Below, piece by piece: positions 1-8,891 of a stretch of DNA of 43,646 nucleotides. A program made the position numbers and the translations under genes. Origin of the DNA: an uncultured Candidatus Saccharibacteria bacterium. GTDB taxonomy: Bacteria; Patescibacteriota; WWE3; UBA101185; UBA10185. Each line of letters starts with the position of its first letter. Position 1 is the first letter of the stretch. Location: positions 11,035-54,680 of the forward strand of contig CAZNNN010000003.1 in NCBI GenBank assembly GCA_964574405.1, written 5' to 3'. The notes beneath the pieces are model-generated. The model saw only the letters and a program-made list of their open reading frames with translations. It had not been told where the DNA came from and did not search any database.

Positions 1-106
1 GAGGTTCTCGTCCCGCCTACGGCGTGACTGCGGTCCTCTAATTGGTAAATTATGAGGTTCTCGTCCCGCCTACGGCGTGACTGCGGTCCTCTAATTGGTA
101 AATTAT
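1..106 (+). repeat. Two perfect head-to-tail copies of a 53-bp unit (1-53, 54-106) ending at the obg start codon
   Basis: Direct reading: gaggttctcgtcccgcctacggcgtgactgcggtcctctaattggtaaattat occurs twice with no mismatch. The array may continue upstream of the window. Confidence 0.95.
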
Positions 107-1355
107 GATCGACATGGTAAAAATCACAATTAAAGCTGGCAACGGGGGAGATGGGGCAGTTTCTTTTCACCGCGAAAAATTTGTTACGCGGGGTGGACCT
201 GATGGTGGAGATGGTGGTAAAGGTGGCACAGTTTATTTTGTGGCCGATAACAACACTTCCACCTTGGACGATTTTAGATCCAAAAAAGTCTTTGGGGCGC
301 AAAATGGGGAAGCGGGTAAAAAGCTTAAAATGTACGGCAGAAACGGCGAGGATGCTTATATTAAAGTTCCCGTGGGTACGCTGGTTTTTGAATCCACCGC
401 CCCCACCATTAAAACTCTAGTTGCTGATCTTAATCAATTAGGTGAGTACTTTCTTATTGCCAAAGGTGGGCGCGGGGGAAAAGGCAATTACAAGTTTAAA
501 TCGTCCACCAATCAAACACCCACACAATATATTCCAGGTGAGGCGGGCGAGCAAAAAGAGGTGATTTTGGAGCTTAAGATGATTGCGGATGTGGGGCTTA
601 TTGGGCTTCCCAGTGCGGGTAAAAGTACGCTAATTAATACCCTAACCCATATAAACGCTAAGGTGGCGGAGTATCACTTTACAACTTTAACCCCAAATTT
701 AGGGGTTTGGCAAATCAACAAAGACAAAAAGGTGGTGGTGGCGGATATTCCGGGTTTAATTGAAGGTGCGTCTAACGGTAAGGGTCTGGGTGATGAGTTT
801 TTACGACACATAGAACGCACCAAAGTTTTAATTCACTTAGTCGACCCCTCTGTTGAGCTCTTGTCGAGTCCAACGAAAACACGCTTTGCGGAGTTTTCTT
901 ATGGACATCGACAGCGAGCTCTCTCAGAATCATCGCTAGATGTTGCCAAAGTGTATCAAAGTTACCAAGTCGTACTAAAAGAACTGCAACAATATAAGGT
1001 AGACTTGTCTGCCAAGATGGATCTGTGGGATATTACCAAAAAGCCCCAAGTGGTGGTAATTAACAAAGTGGATATTACGGAAGTTAAAAATAGTTTGGGC
1101 GAGATTATTGAGTATTTTAAAAATCAGGGCGTGGATGTTCTTCCTATATCTGCGGCAACGGGGGAGGGTTTGGACGACTTAAGGAAAAAGGTTTTGGAAT
1201 TGTTGTCGCACAGTATTGAAACGCAGGTTAAAATTGAACCTACGGTTAAAAAGTACACTATCTACAATTTGCCGGGGTCAAATAGGCGACCAGTTTTAAC
1301 TAAAGAAGTAAAAGGTTTAATTCAAGCTCCTAGTCGCAGGGTTAAGCGTTCGTGA
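105..1355 (+). CDS. obg: GTPase Obg/CgtA
   Basis: Glycine-rich Obg fold (GNGGDGAVSF, GGPDGGDGGKGG, GGRGGKGN). G1 GLPSAGKST, G3 DIPGLIEGA, G4 NKVD, G5 ISA. Confidence 0.95.
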   Translation: MIDMVKITIKAGNGGDGAVSFHREKFVTRGGPDGGDGGKGGTVYFVADNNTSTLDDFRSKKVFGAQNGEAGKKLKMYGRNGEDAYIKVPVGTLVFESTAPTIKTLVADLNQLGEYFLIAKGGRGGKGNYKFKSSTNQTPTQYIPGEAGEQKEVILELKMIADVGLIGLPSAGKSTLINTLTHINAKVAEYHFTTLTPNLGVWQINKDKKVVVADIPGLIEGASNGKGLGDEFLRHIERTKVLIHLVDPSVELLSSPTKTRFAEFSYGHRQRALSESSLDVAKVYQSYQVVLKELQQYKVDLSAKMDLWDITKKPQVVVINKVDITEVKNSLGEIIEYFKNQGVDVLPISAATGEGLDDLRKKVLELLSHSIETQVKIEPTVKKYTIYNLPGSNRRPVLTKEVKGLIQAPSRRVKRS

Positions 1356-1419
1356 TATAATCCTCGTGTTATCGTGGGTGTCCTCGTCATTGCGAGGAGC
1401 GTAGCAACGAAGCAATCTG

Positions 1420-1495
1420 GGGCCGTTAGCTCAGTTGGTAGAGCGCTTCCATGGCATGGAATAGGTCAGCGGTTCGAATCCGCTACGGTCCACCA
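1420..1495 (+). tRNA. tRNA-Ala (anticodon GGC), CCA encoded
   Basis: Hand-folded cloverleaf. Acceptor GGGCCGT/ACGGTCC carries the G3:U70 alanine identity pair. D arm GCTC/GAGC, anticodon loop ATGGCAT, T arm AGCGG-TTCGAAT-CCGCT, 76 nt. One C-U mismatch at 27:43. Confidence 0.88.
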
Positions 1496-1540
1496 ATTTA
1501 CAAACTTGACAACACGGTAATTGCCAGTTATCACAAAGGC

Positions 1541-2908
1541 ATGGTTTATGGTAATTATCAATTATCACTCCACAACCCCTGGTGGGAGGAGGGCTATAAT
1601 ATGGATGCAGACTCCAAGTTGATGGAGCTTTCGGGGTTAAAATATCGCTACATCCACCCTTTAATAAATGAATATCCAGTGGAAAAAGATGTGGTTTTTA
1701 CTTTGCGTGGTCCAAGAAGGGTAGGCAAAACTACGCTTATCAAGTTAATTATTAAAAAACTGGTCGACCAAAAAATTCCCAGAAAAAACCTTTTTTATCT
1801 CCCGTGCGATAGAATTGAGCATTTTAACGAGCTTTACAATGCAGTAAAGGATTATATAGACAGGCAAAGAGTTACCTCCAAAGGTAGAATATTCATCTTT
1901 TTAGATGAAGTGTCATATGTAAAAGAATGGCAAAGAGCCGTAAAGTCGTTATGGGATGACGATATTGTAAAAAACTGTACTTTGCTAACAACTGGGTCAA
2001 ACGCAGTGGATTTAAAAGTATCGTCCGAGAGATTACCCGGAAGAACCGGAAAATATTTTAACAGCGAAAAGCTATTTCTGCCGTTAGATTTCTTTGAATT
2101 TTATAAACTTTTAAATCCAGAATGGATAGGGAAGTTTGAGCTTAAAGATCTGCCAAAGTTTAAAAAATATTTGGAAGACTTTATGTTGGTGGGGGGTTTT
2201 CCGCAGGTGATAAATGAATACTATTCAAACGGCTTTATTGCGTTAGAAACTTACGAAACCTACACCAAGTGGGTTGATGATGACATCCATAAGAACGGTA
2301 AATCCGTGGAAAGTGCCTACCGACTTTTTAAGGAGTTGGATAAAACACTCACAAGTAGGGTAAGTTACACCAATTTAGCAAAGGATACTTTGTTTGCGTC
2401 GCAACAGAGTGCGCAGGACTATTTAGAGCTTTTTGATCTTATGTATCTATGTTTTAAGTGTAATTGCTTTCTTTTGGAGTCGCGAAAAATTGATCCCAAA
2501 AAGAACAAGAAATTCTATTTTGTAGACCCGTTTATCCATAATGCGCTTTTGGCTAAGCAGGACGGGTTTTTAGATGATGCTTTTAATTACTCACGGAAGC
2601 TGTTGGCAGGGGAGAATGTTGCCTCCACAAGGTTTGAGGAGGTGGTGGGAAGCTTGCTACAAAGGCGATTTACCCGGCTTGACTACGGGGTGCTGGCAGG
2701 AGATGCTTTGGAGGTTGACTTTGTGGGTTTTGACCACGGAAAGTACCAGCTTTTTGAATGTAAATACGGCAAAACGGGTTTGCACAATTATCTAAAATTC
2801 CAAAAACTTTTTGAATCATTTGGGGGTTTGGATATCCTAGTTCCTGGCGTAGCCAATGTGGAAGAACGCTCGTTCTTTACACTCGTAGGTAATAGTTTTA
2901 CGGCGTAA
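1541..2908 (+). CDS. AAA+ ATPase of the COG1373 type (AAA_14 plus DUF4143-like C-terminus)
   Basis: N-terminal NPWW motif, Walker A GPRRVGKTT, Walker B IFIFLDEV. Start moved from 1451 to ATG 1541 because 1451-1495 overlaps tRNA-Ala and TTGACA(1506)-17-TATCAC(1529)-6-ATG fits a promoter. Confidence 0.8.
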   Translation: MVYGNYQLSLHNPWWEEGYNMDADSKLMELSGLKYRYIHPLINEYPVEKDVVFTLRGPRRVGKTTLIKLIIKKLVDQKIPRKNLFYLPCDRIEHFNELYNAVKDYIDRQRVTSKGRIFIFLDEVSYVKEWQRAVKSLWDDDIVKNCTLLTTGSNAVDLKVSSERLPGRTGKYFNSEKLFLPLDFFEFYKLLNPEWIGKFELKDLPKFKKYLEDFMLVGGFPQVINEYYSNGFIALETYETYTKWVDDDIHKNGKSVESAYRLFKELDKTLTSRVSYTNLAKDTLFASQQSAQDYLELFDLMYLCFKCNCFLLESRKIDPKKNKKFYFVDPFIHNALLAKQDGFLDDAFNYSRKLLAGENVASTRFEEVVGSLLQRRFTRLDYGVLAGDALEVDFVGFDHGKYQLFECKYGKTGLHNYLKFQKLFESFGGLDILVPGVANVEERSFFTLVGNSFTA

Positions 2909-5114
2909 CAGGCGTTCCAGGCTTGGTTAACGGCTCTTGAACAACCGGAGCTTTTGGTGCGGTAGTTCCAGCCTTTTCAAGGGCTTCCACGCTTGGTTTA
3001 GCTTTTGCTTCCGCATCTGCCGTTTCAGCAATTAGTTTGTTAACCGCTTCTAGATCCAAAGCTACTTGTTTATAATCTGGACTATCTTTTTCCACCAAAC
3101 TTTGTGCCACTTCAAATTCAGCCTTTGCGTCGGTATAGGCTTTAAGTTTAAACAGGGAATAGGCTAGGTTATAGCGAGCATTAGCATAGTCGCTCTTAAG
3201 ATTAACCGCCTGCTTAAACAAATTACCAGCAGATAAGTAATCTTCCTTGGCAAAATAAATTCCGCCCAGCTCTACGCGTAAAACAGGGTTAGTTGGGTCA
3301 AGCTGAATGGCGGTGTTGTAAGCCTGAATAGCAAATTGATCTGCATCTTTGGCTGCTGGAATTAAGAATTTGTAAATTTGTGCTCTGGCTACCCAGTTTG
3401 CACTGTCAAGAGGATTTAGAGTTTCAGAAGCAAATTTAATGTTTCGTAACGCCTGTGCCAAAAGATTTTGAGCGGTGGTTTTTTCTTGGTCGCTCAAGTC
3501 CTGTTTGGAGCTTAAGGATTGTGCTAACGCCAAATTAGTGTCGGCATAAATCCTATGATACTCGCTCCTTTGCGCATTAATAGAAATGGCTTTTACTTGG
3601 TAGTCGTACGACTTGGAGACATCCTGCTTGGAGGCCGAGGTTATAGCTTTGCGCATGTAGTACTCTGGCGCGTACTGTAGGTAAGCTTGGTATATGCCAA
3701 ACCCTGCCAACGCCAAAATAGGAATAGATATGATATATTGTAACAATTCTTTTTTAGCTAAAATAGGACTTTCTATAATGCTGACGCCTTCGGAGTCGGT
3801 GCGTGATTCCAAAGAAAGTGTCCACAATTTAGCCCATGATTTGTTAGTATTTAACGCCGATTCTGCTGTTAAAAGTCCCATTAAAGTAAACATAAGAAAA
3901 GCCAGTTGAAAGCTGGTGTAGCCCAGCAGTAGGGCAGTAAGTGAGGCTATAAGCCCAGCAGAAAGCACCACAGAAAGTCCTTTATACGCGTCGTTAACCT
4001 TAATAGATTTAAATGCCAATCTAATAAGGGTAGAAATTAAGGCAAGATATGCCAAAAGTCCAAAAATACCCAGCGTAGAGATGATGTTAAAGACCTCATT
4101 GGCTGGTTTGTCAAAATTAACATTCCAAGTGGGGGTATAGTTTTGGCTAAGCGTTTTGTATCTAGGGTAATTTAGATGAAAAGTACCTACACCCGAACCA
4201 AAAATGGGGAAATCACGCAAAGTGGTGGACGACACAATCCACGATTCTTGTACGGAGGGCAGAACTTCTTTTGGGTAGGCTCTCTGCAGAACGAACCTTG
4301 TTTGTGGAACTATAAAAAACAACGCTATAAAGGTTACTAACGCTCCTACAGCAGGAAAGAGGTACATTTTACTTTTAGCCACGCTTTCACTGGGTGACTT
4401 TAACACCATAAGTCCTGCCAGCAGGGTAGCCCCTGCTGTAAAAGCTACACCGCCAAAAACCGCCAGAGCTACAAAGTCTAAAATAGAGATAGCTAAAGTT
4501 ACGCTTTTTTTAACGGGCGATTTCATGTTAATTGTTAACGAGGCGCTAACTATTAAACCCACCAGTAAGGATGTGGCAAGGCTAGTACTAGACCCGGCAA
4601 GAAGAAAACCCCTTTGATTAAACAGATGCAAAAAGGGGATGGTGAGCCCGTAGTAATTTACCAGGGAAAGTAAAGCTGGAACGGCTGTTCCTACTGAAAT
4701 GCCCCACAAAACTACTCTTATTTTTCTTGCCGAGTCTACATTGGTTGAGACCGCGTAATAGTAAAAGTAAAGGGCAACAAACCCAAATAGGCTAGGAAAC
4801 CAGCGTCCATAAGAGCCAAACAGGCTAGAAGTTTTATCTAGGGAGGTTACAGCGGAAAGGATAAAGCTTACTAACACAAGAAGTAACGCAAAATCCACTG
4901 GCGATTTAGTAAAGTAAACTTTCTTTTCGACTATCATTTTGGCGCACCAAAGTACTGCCATAGCTACTGTGGCTGCTACAAAAAAGTAAAGCTTGTTAAA
5001 TTCAAAGTACTCGTAGGTTATGGGTAAAAAGAATATTGGTGTTAAAAATGTTACCAACACAATTAGCCCAAATATTAAGTTGTTAAGTTTGTCCAGGACA
5101 GTATTTTTGTTCAT
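2898..5114 (-). CDS. Polytopic O-antigen ligase/polymerase-like (Wzy_C-type) membrane protein with C-terminal TPR repeats
   Basis: More than 10 hydrophobic helices in the N-terminal 480 aa. The C-terminal 250 aa carry TPR-like repeats (AIQAYNTAIQLDPTNP, NLFKQAVNLKSDYANARYNLAYSLFKLKAY). The 3' end overlaps the convergent ATPase gene by 11 nt. Confidence 0.7.
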   Translation of the reverse strand: MNKNTVLDKLNNLIFGLIVLVTFLTPIFFLPITYEYFEFNKLYFFVAATVAMAVLWCAKMIVEKKVYFTKSPVDFALLLVLVSFILSAVTSLDKTSSLFGSYGRWFPSLFGFVALYFYYYAVSTNVDSARKIRVVLWGISVGTAVPALLSLVNYYGLTIPFLHLFNQRGFLLAGSSTSLATSLLVGLIVSASLTINMKSPVKKSVTLAISILDFVALAVFGGVAFTAGATLLAGLMVLKSPSESVAKSKMYLFPAVGALVTFIALFFIVPQTRFVLQRAYPKEVLPSVQESWIVSSTTLRDFPIFGSGVGTFHLNYPRYKTLSQNYTPTWNVNFDKPANEVFNIISTLGIFGLLAYLALISTLIRLAFKSIKVNDAYKGLSVVLSAGLIASLTALLLGYTSFQLAFLMFTLMGLLTAESALNTNKSWAKLWTLSLESRTDSEGVSIIESPILAKKELLQYIISIPILALAGFGIYQAYLQYAPEYYMRKAITSASKQDVSKSYDYQVKAISINAQRSEYHRIYADTNLALAQSLSSKQDLSDQEKTTAQNLLAQALRNIKFASETLNPLDSANWVARAQIYKFLIPAAKDADQFAIQAYNTAIQLDPTNPVLRVELGGIYFAKEDYLSAGNLFKQAVNLKSDYANARYNLAYSLFKLKAYTDAKAEFEVAQSLVEKDSPDYKQVALDLEAVNKLIAETADAEAKAKPSVEALEKAGTTAPKAPVVQEPLTKPGTPVTP

Positions 5115-5206
5115 GGTCTAACAATTACATATCGCAAAGAGTTTGTCAAGGGGTATTTTCCCGTAACGGTAGCAAGGTATAAATGTTGTAACAACGGGAC
5201 TTTCTT

Positions 5207-5872
5207 CTAATTAGAGATCCACCAGCTAAATTCTGCATCGTAAGAAGTTGGGGCGTCCAGTTCTAGATAAAAGCCTTCAAAAGGAACCTTAGAGGAAATC
5301 CAATATCTTACCGCGGGGGAATAGTTTTGATTAAAGGTAATGTTTATTCTGGAATTAAGTTTTACGCTTTCACTTTTAATATACACTCTGCTTTGATCCT
5401 TTGGCACATAGGTGGTACCACTATCGGTAAGGTATTTTTTATCTAGCTCCAAAGTCCTTTTAATTAAATCTGATTTTGACTTGCCAATAGGTAAAAAGCC
5501 CAAACCAGCAAAAACCGTGAGGCAAAAAAGAACAAAGAGGGTTATTTTTAGTATTTTAGGAGAGGGAGTTAAGATTCTTGCTACCTTTATAGCATTAGCT
5601 CCGGTGTTGGCAGAAAGCCCCCGTATTTTTTTGGCCACTGCCTCGTTACTTAAGCCCAAACCTTTAAGTTTTTCAATTTCTAAAAGGGTATCCATGGCGG
5701 AAGCAGGATAATGGCCTGTTACCTCACTGCCGTTAACTTTTCTTTGCATGTGAGGCAAAAGCCCTAGTTTGGTGTAGTATCTTAACCGATTATAGGGATC
5801 GCCCTTGCCAAAGTCTACCCCTTTTTTTACCGCCAGTTCAATAAATTTTTCTATCGAGAGTAATTCTTCCAT
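5207..5872 (-). CDS. Membrane-anchored MerR-like HTH protein (N-terminal HTH, one TM helix, about 90-aa extracytoplasmic domain)
   Basis: The N-terminus NRLRYYTKLGLLP resembles the MerR recognition-helix region. The hydrophobic helix is ITLFVLFCLTVFAGLGFLPI. TATAAT lies on the minus strand at 5887-5892. Confidence 0.55.
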   Translation of the reverse strand: MEELLSIEKFIELAVKKGVDFGKGDPYNRLRYYTKLGLLPHMQRKVNGSEVTGHYPASAMDTLLEIEKLKGLGLSNEAVAKKIRGLSANTGANAIKVARILTPSPKILKITLFVLFCLTVFAGLGFLPIGKSKSDLIKRTLELDKKYLTDSGTTYVPKDQSRVYIKSESVKLNSRINITFNQNYSPAVRYWISSKVPFEGFYLELDAPTSYDAEFSWWISN

Positions 5873-5895
5873 AGTTTTATGCCCGCATTATACTA

Positions 5896-5925
5896 AATTC
5901 TAGTTAAACTAGAGAATACCATCTT
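5896..5925 (+). promoter_or_regulatory. 30-nt conserved element with dyad TCTAGT-N3-ACTAGA upstream of dprA (copy 1)
   Basis: aattctagttaaactagagaataccatctt matches 11595-11624 at 26/30 positions in the same orientation. Confidence 0.5.
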
Positions 5926-5939
5926 TACAAAGCTTTTTA

Positions 5940-6881
5940 ATGGGCTACATTTTCACCATGTTTAAGGATGCACAAGTTAGGTCAATAGATCGCTCATCGG
6001 TACAGTACCCAAAGCTGTTAACGGAAATACCTGACGCACCAAAGACGCTGTATTATTTGGGCGACTTTAAAGAGTCGCTTTTTAAAAACACTTTAGCAGT
6101 GGTAGGGAGTCGTGCGGTTACCTTATACGGCGAATGGGTGGTAAATAACCTTGTTAAAGAGGTAGCCCGCCAGGGTATAACAATAGTATCGGGCTTTATG
6201 TATGGGGTGGATGCGCTGGCTCACAAAGCGGCTTTAGAGGTGGCAGGTTCAACTATTGCGGTTATGGCTGGAGGCGTAGATCAGATTTTTCCTAATTATC
6301 AGGAGCAACTTTATTGGGACATTGTAGCCAAGGGTTTAGTGGTTTCTGAATTTTACAAAGAACCTGAATTGGGAAATTGGATGTTTGCTAAGCGCAACCG
6401 TATTGTAGCGGGGCTTTCTCACGCTACTTTAGTAGTGGAAGCGGCGGAAAAAAGTGGCTCGCTCATTACCGCTTGTTACACTAAGGAGTACGGCAGACAA
6501 CTCTTAACAGTACCCGCTAATTTAAATTCCAAAAATGCTGTTGGTACCACACAACTGTATAGAGGTGGGGCAAAGATGGTTACCTGTGCGGACGATATTC
6601 TAGCATTATTTTCGTATAATTACCGCGTTAATATTTCTGATGCGGTAAATAGGCGGTTATTATTAGGAGAAGCCGATGGGGATGCTCGGCAAGACGAAAA
6701 CCCGCAGTATCAGGTTAACAGTCCAGAAAATATTTTAAATCTGCTTAAGTTGGAATCGCTAAGTGCGGACGAAATCACTTTAAAGTTAGGTATTTTGTCG
6801 TCAGATGTCCTTAAATATCTTACTGGATTAAGTTTGCAGGGGCAGGTGGGGGAGAAAGGCGGGCGGTATTATGCTTGTTAA
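5940..6881 (+). CDS. dprA: DNA processing protein DprA (Smf)
   Basis: Rossmann-like DprA motifs: VVGSRAVTLYG, GFMYGVDALAHKAAL, IAVMAGGVD, RNRIVAGLS, VVEAAEKSGSLITA. Possible alternative start at 5958. Confidence 0.9.
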   Translation: MGYIFTMFKDAQVRSIDRSSVQYPKLLTEIPDAPKTLYYLGDFKESLFKNTLAVVGSRAVTLYGEWVVNNLVKEVARQGITIVSGFMYGVDALAHKAALEVAGSTIAVMAGGVDQIFPNYQEQLYWDIVAKGLVVSEFYKEPELGNWMFAKRNRIVAGLSHATLVVEAAEKSGSLITACYTKEYGRQLLTVPANLNSKNAVGTTQLYRGGAKMVTCADDILALFSYNYRVNISDAVNRRLLLGEADGDARQDENPQYQVNSPENILNLLKLESLSADEITLKLGILSSDVLKYLTGLSLQGQVGEKGGRYYAC

Positions 6882-8400
6882 GGTTAAGTCAGCCTATTTT
6901 TTTGGGATTGAGACCTTTGATGTTGATGTGGAGGTAAATATTTTAGATCGCAGTATGCCTGGCTTTGAGATTGTGGGCTTAGCGGGTAGGGAAGTAGTAG
7001 AGAGTAGAGAAAGGGTAAAAAACGCCATTATTAACGCTTTTAATGAATTTCCACACGGAAAAAAGATTGTAATAAATTTGGCGCCTGCCGATGTGCCAAA
7101 AGAAGGAGCTTACTACGATTTACCCATTGCGGCATCAATTATTAGCTATATGAAAGAGTTCACCTTTCCAGCGGACAGTGCTTTTTTTGGCGAAGTCTCC
7201 ATGGACGGAAATGTTAGAAAAACCAAGGGGGTATTTTTGTTTGTTACTTTTGCAAAAGAGAATGGTCTAAATAATGTATTCATTCCAAGTTCTTGTTACG
7301 AGGAAGTGAGGGGTATTAAGGATGTAAATATTTATCCAATTTCTAATTTGCGCGATTTACTAAATTATAATACTATTCGCCACGACGATTATATTTGTAG
7401 CGGAGAAAAATCTGTTTCCCGTAATCAAGATGGTCGTAATGAAGTGGACTTTAGCGATGTGATTGGGCAAGATATGGCAAAGCGAGCTTTAGAGATTTCC
7501 GCTTGTGGCGGACATAATATCTTAATGACCGGTAGTCCCGGTAGTGGAAAGTCCATGCTAGCCAAGGCACTCTGTTATATTTTACCTAACCTAGGATCAC
7601 AAGAAGTTACCGAAGTTGCCAAGATTTATTCTGCGTGTGGGGTTTTTGATCCCAATATTTTTACGCACAAGTTTAGACCTTATAGAAATCCACATCACAC
7701 CATAAGTTATTCCGGAATGGTGGGCGGGGGACTCATTCCTCGTCCAGGGGAGATAAGTCTTGCTCACAAGGGTGTGTTGTTTTTGGACGAGTTTTCTGAA
7801 TTCCCCTCTTCAATAATTGAGTGTTTGCGTCAACCCATGGAAGATGGCTCTATCACCATAGCTCGCAGTAGGGGAAGCGTTAAACTTCCGTGTGATTTTA
7901 CACTAGTGGCGTGTTCCAACCCCTGCCCGTGCGGTTTTGCTGGCGAGAGAAAAACGGCGTGTACCTGCAAACCTCCGGATATAGCCAGATATAAAAAGAA
8001 ACTTTCAGGTCCAATTTTAGATAGGATAGATCTTTTTGTGCGGGTTTGGAATCCAAGTTTAGATAAAATTATTGGCGCAGAGGCTTTTCTCAAGTCGCAA
8101 GAAAAGGTGTCCCCCAAGATAAAAGAGCGGGTAGAAGCTGTGCGACGCATTCAGGAACAAAGGTTTAAGGACGATGGGATAACTGTAAACGCCAGAATGC
8201 CCAATACTTTAGTAAAAAAATACTGTCAATTAAATTCGTTGTGCGGAGATTTGCTAGATAAATCAGTGCAAAAATATAACTTATCGCCTAGAAGTGTATA
8301 CAAAGTTATTAAGGTAGCCAGAACTATTGCGGATATGGAAGGCGTTCCTACAATAACCGTATCCCATCTAGCGGAGTCGATTCAATATAAAAATATATGA
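6871..8400 (+). CDS. comM: ComM/YifB family Mg-chelatase-like AAA+ ATPase (competence helicase family)
   Basis: N-terminal Lon-protease-like domain, Walker A GSPGSGKSMLAKAL, Walker B VLFLDEFSEF, Cys cluster CSNPCPCG, C-terminal Mg_chelatase_C-like region. Overlaps the dprA stop. Confidence 0.9.
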   Translation: MLVKVKSAYFFGIETFDVDVEVNILDRSMPGFEIVGLAGREVVESRERVKNAIINAFNEFPHGKKIVINLAPADVPKEGAYYDLPIAASIISYMKEFTFPADSAFFGEVSMDGNVRKTKGVFLFVTFAKENGLNNVFIPSSCYEEVRGIKDVNIYPISNLRDLLNYNTIRHDDYICSGEKSVSRNQDGRNEVDFSDVIGQDMAKRALEISACGGHNILMTGSPGSGKSMLAKALCYILPNLGSQEVTEVAKIYSACGVFDPNIFTHKFRPYRNPHHTISYSGMVGGGLIPRPGEISLAHKGVLFLDEFSEFPSSIIECLRQPMEDGSITIARSRGSVKLPCDFTLVACSNPCPCGFAGERKTACTCKPPDIARYKKKLSGPILDRIDLFVRVWNPSLDKIIGAEAFLKSQEKVSPKIKERVEAVRRIQEQRFKDDGITVNARMPNTLVKKYCQLNSLCGDLLDKSVQKYNLSPRSVYKVIKVARTIADMEGVPTITVSHLAESIQYKNI

Positions 8401-8505
8401 CATAAATTGTAACTAACACAAATAAATAGTAGCGGGGATACAAATATTACCCAAAACTGATTAATGGGTATTGACATTTTCCCCGTACGCGGTATTATGC
8501 TTGGT

Positions 8506-8808
8506 ATGATGAATTTTGTAAAAATTTCCAAAGCAATGTCCGACAAGAACAGGCTTAAAATCTTGGAGATGCTCTCCGAGAATGAGCAAAAAGTTGGAGT
8601 TGTGTCCGAAAAGCTTGGAGTAGAGGAAAATCTTGCCTCTCACCATCTTAGAGTCCTTTCTGGACTTGGCTTTTTAAAGAGCGATAAGAGGGGGAGGGAA
8701 GTGTACTACAAGCTAAATACCCCAAAGATAGTGTCTTTGTTGGTGGACCTCCAAAAGAACAGTGCCTTTAAGGCTATCTTGCACGAGGCTGTTGCTGAAG
8801 TGAAATAA
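8506..8808 (+). CDS. ArsR/SmtB-family winged-HTH regulator
   Basis: KAMSDKNRLKILEMLS...VGVVSEKLGVEENLASHHLRVLSGLGFLKSDKRGREVYYKL. The ORF track starts at 8464, but TTGACA(8471)-16-TATTAT(8493)-7-ATG(8506) lies inside that extension, so the likely start is 8506 (or 8497). Confidence 0.75.
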   Translation: MMNFVKISKAMSDKNRLKILEMLSENEQKVGVVSEKLGVEENLASHHLRVLSGLGFLKSDKRGREVYYKLNTPKIVSLLVDLQKNSAFKAILHEAVAEVK

Positions 8809-8853
8809 CTAGTCGGTTCAGATTTGTTTTGTAAACATCTCTGTTCGACGCCT

Positions 8854-8884
8854 AAACCCTCCGCCAAGTGTGGAGGGTTTTTGT
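8854..8884. terminator. Bidirectional intrinsic terminator between convergent arsR-like gene and leuS
   Basis: aaaccctcc-gccaagtgt-ggagggttt stem-loop followed by a T-run on the plus strand and an A-run/T-run in the reverse sense. Confidence 0.7.
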
Positions 8885-8891
8885 AATCTAT

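Noticed and set aside
1-106. Possible CRISPR array
   Set aside because: The two 53-bp units are directly adjacent with no spacers, the unit is longer than typical CRISPR repeats, and no cas genes are present in the window.
1451-1540. N-terminal 30 codons of the track ORF 1451..2908
   Set aside because: They overlap the 3' half of tRNA-Ala (1420-1495) and contain the TTGACA/TATCAC promoter. The conserved NPWW N-terminus begins just after ATG 1541.
1420-2908. tRNA-Ala-adjacent AAA+ ATPase as a genomic island or mobile element
   Set aside because: No integrase or recombinase is present. No direct repeat of the tRNA 3' end was found downstream. The flanking genes are ordinary core and envelope genes.
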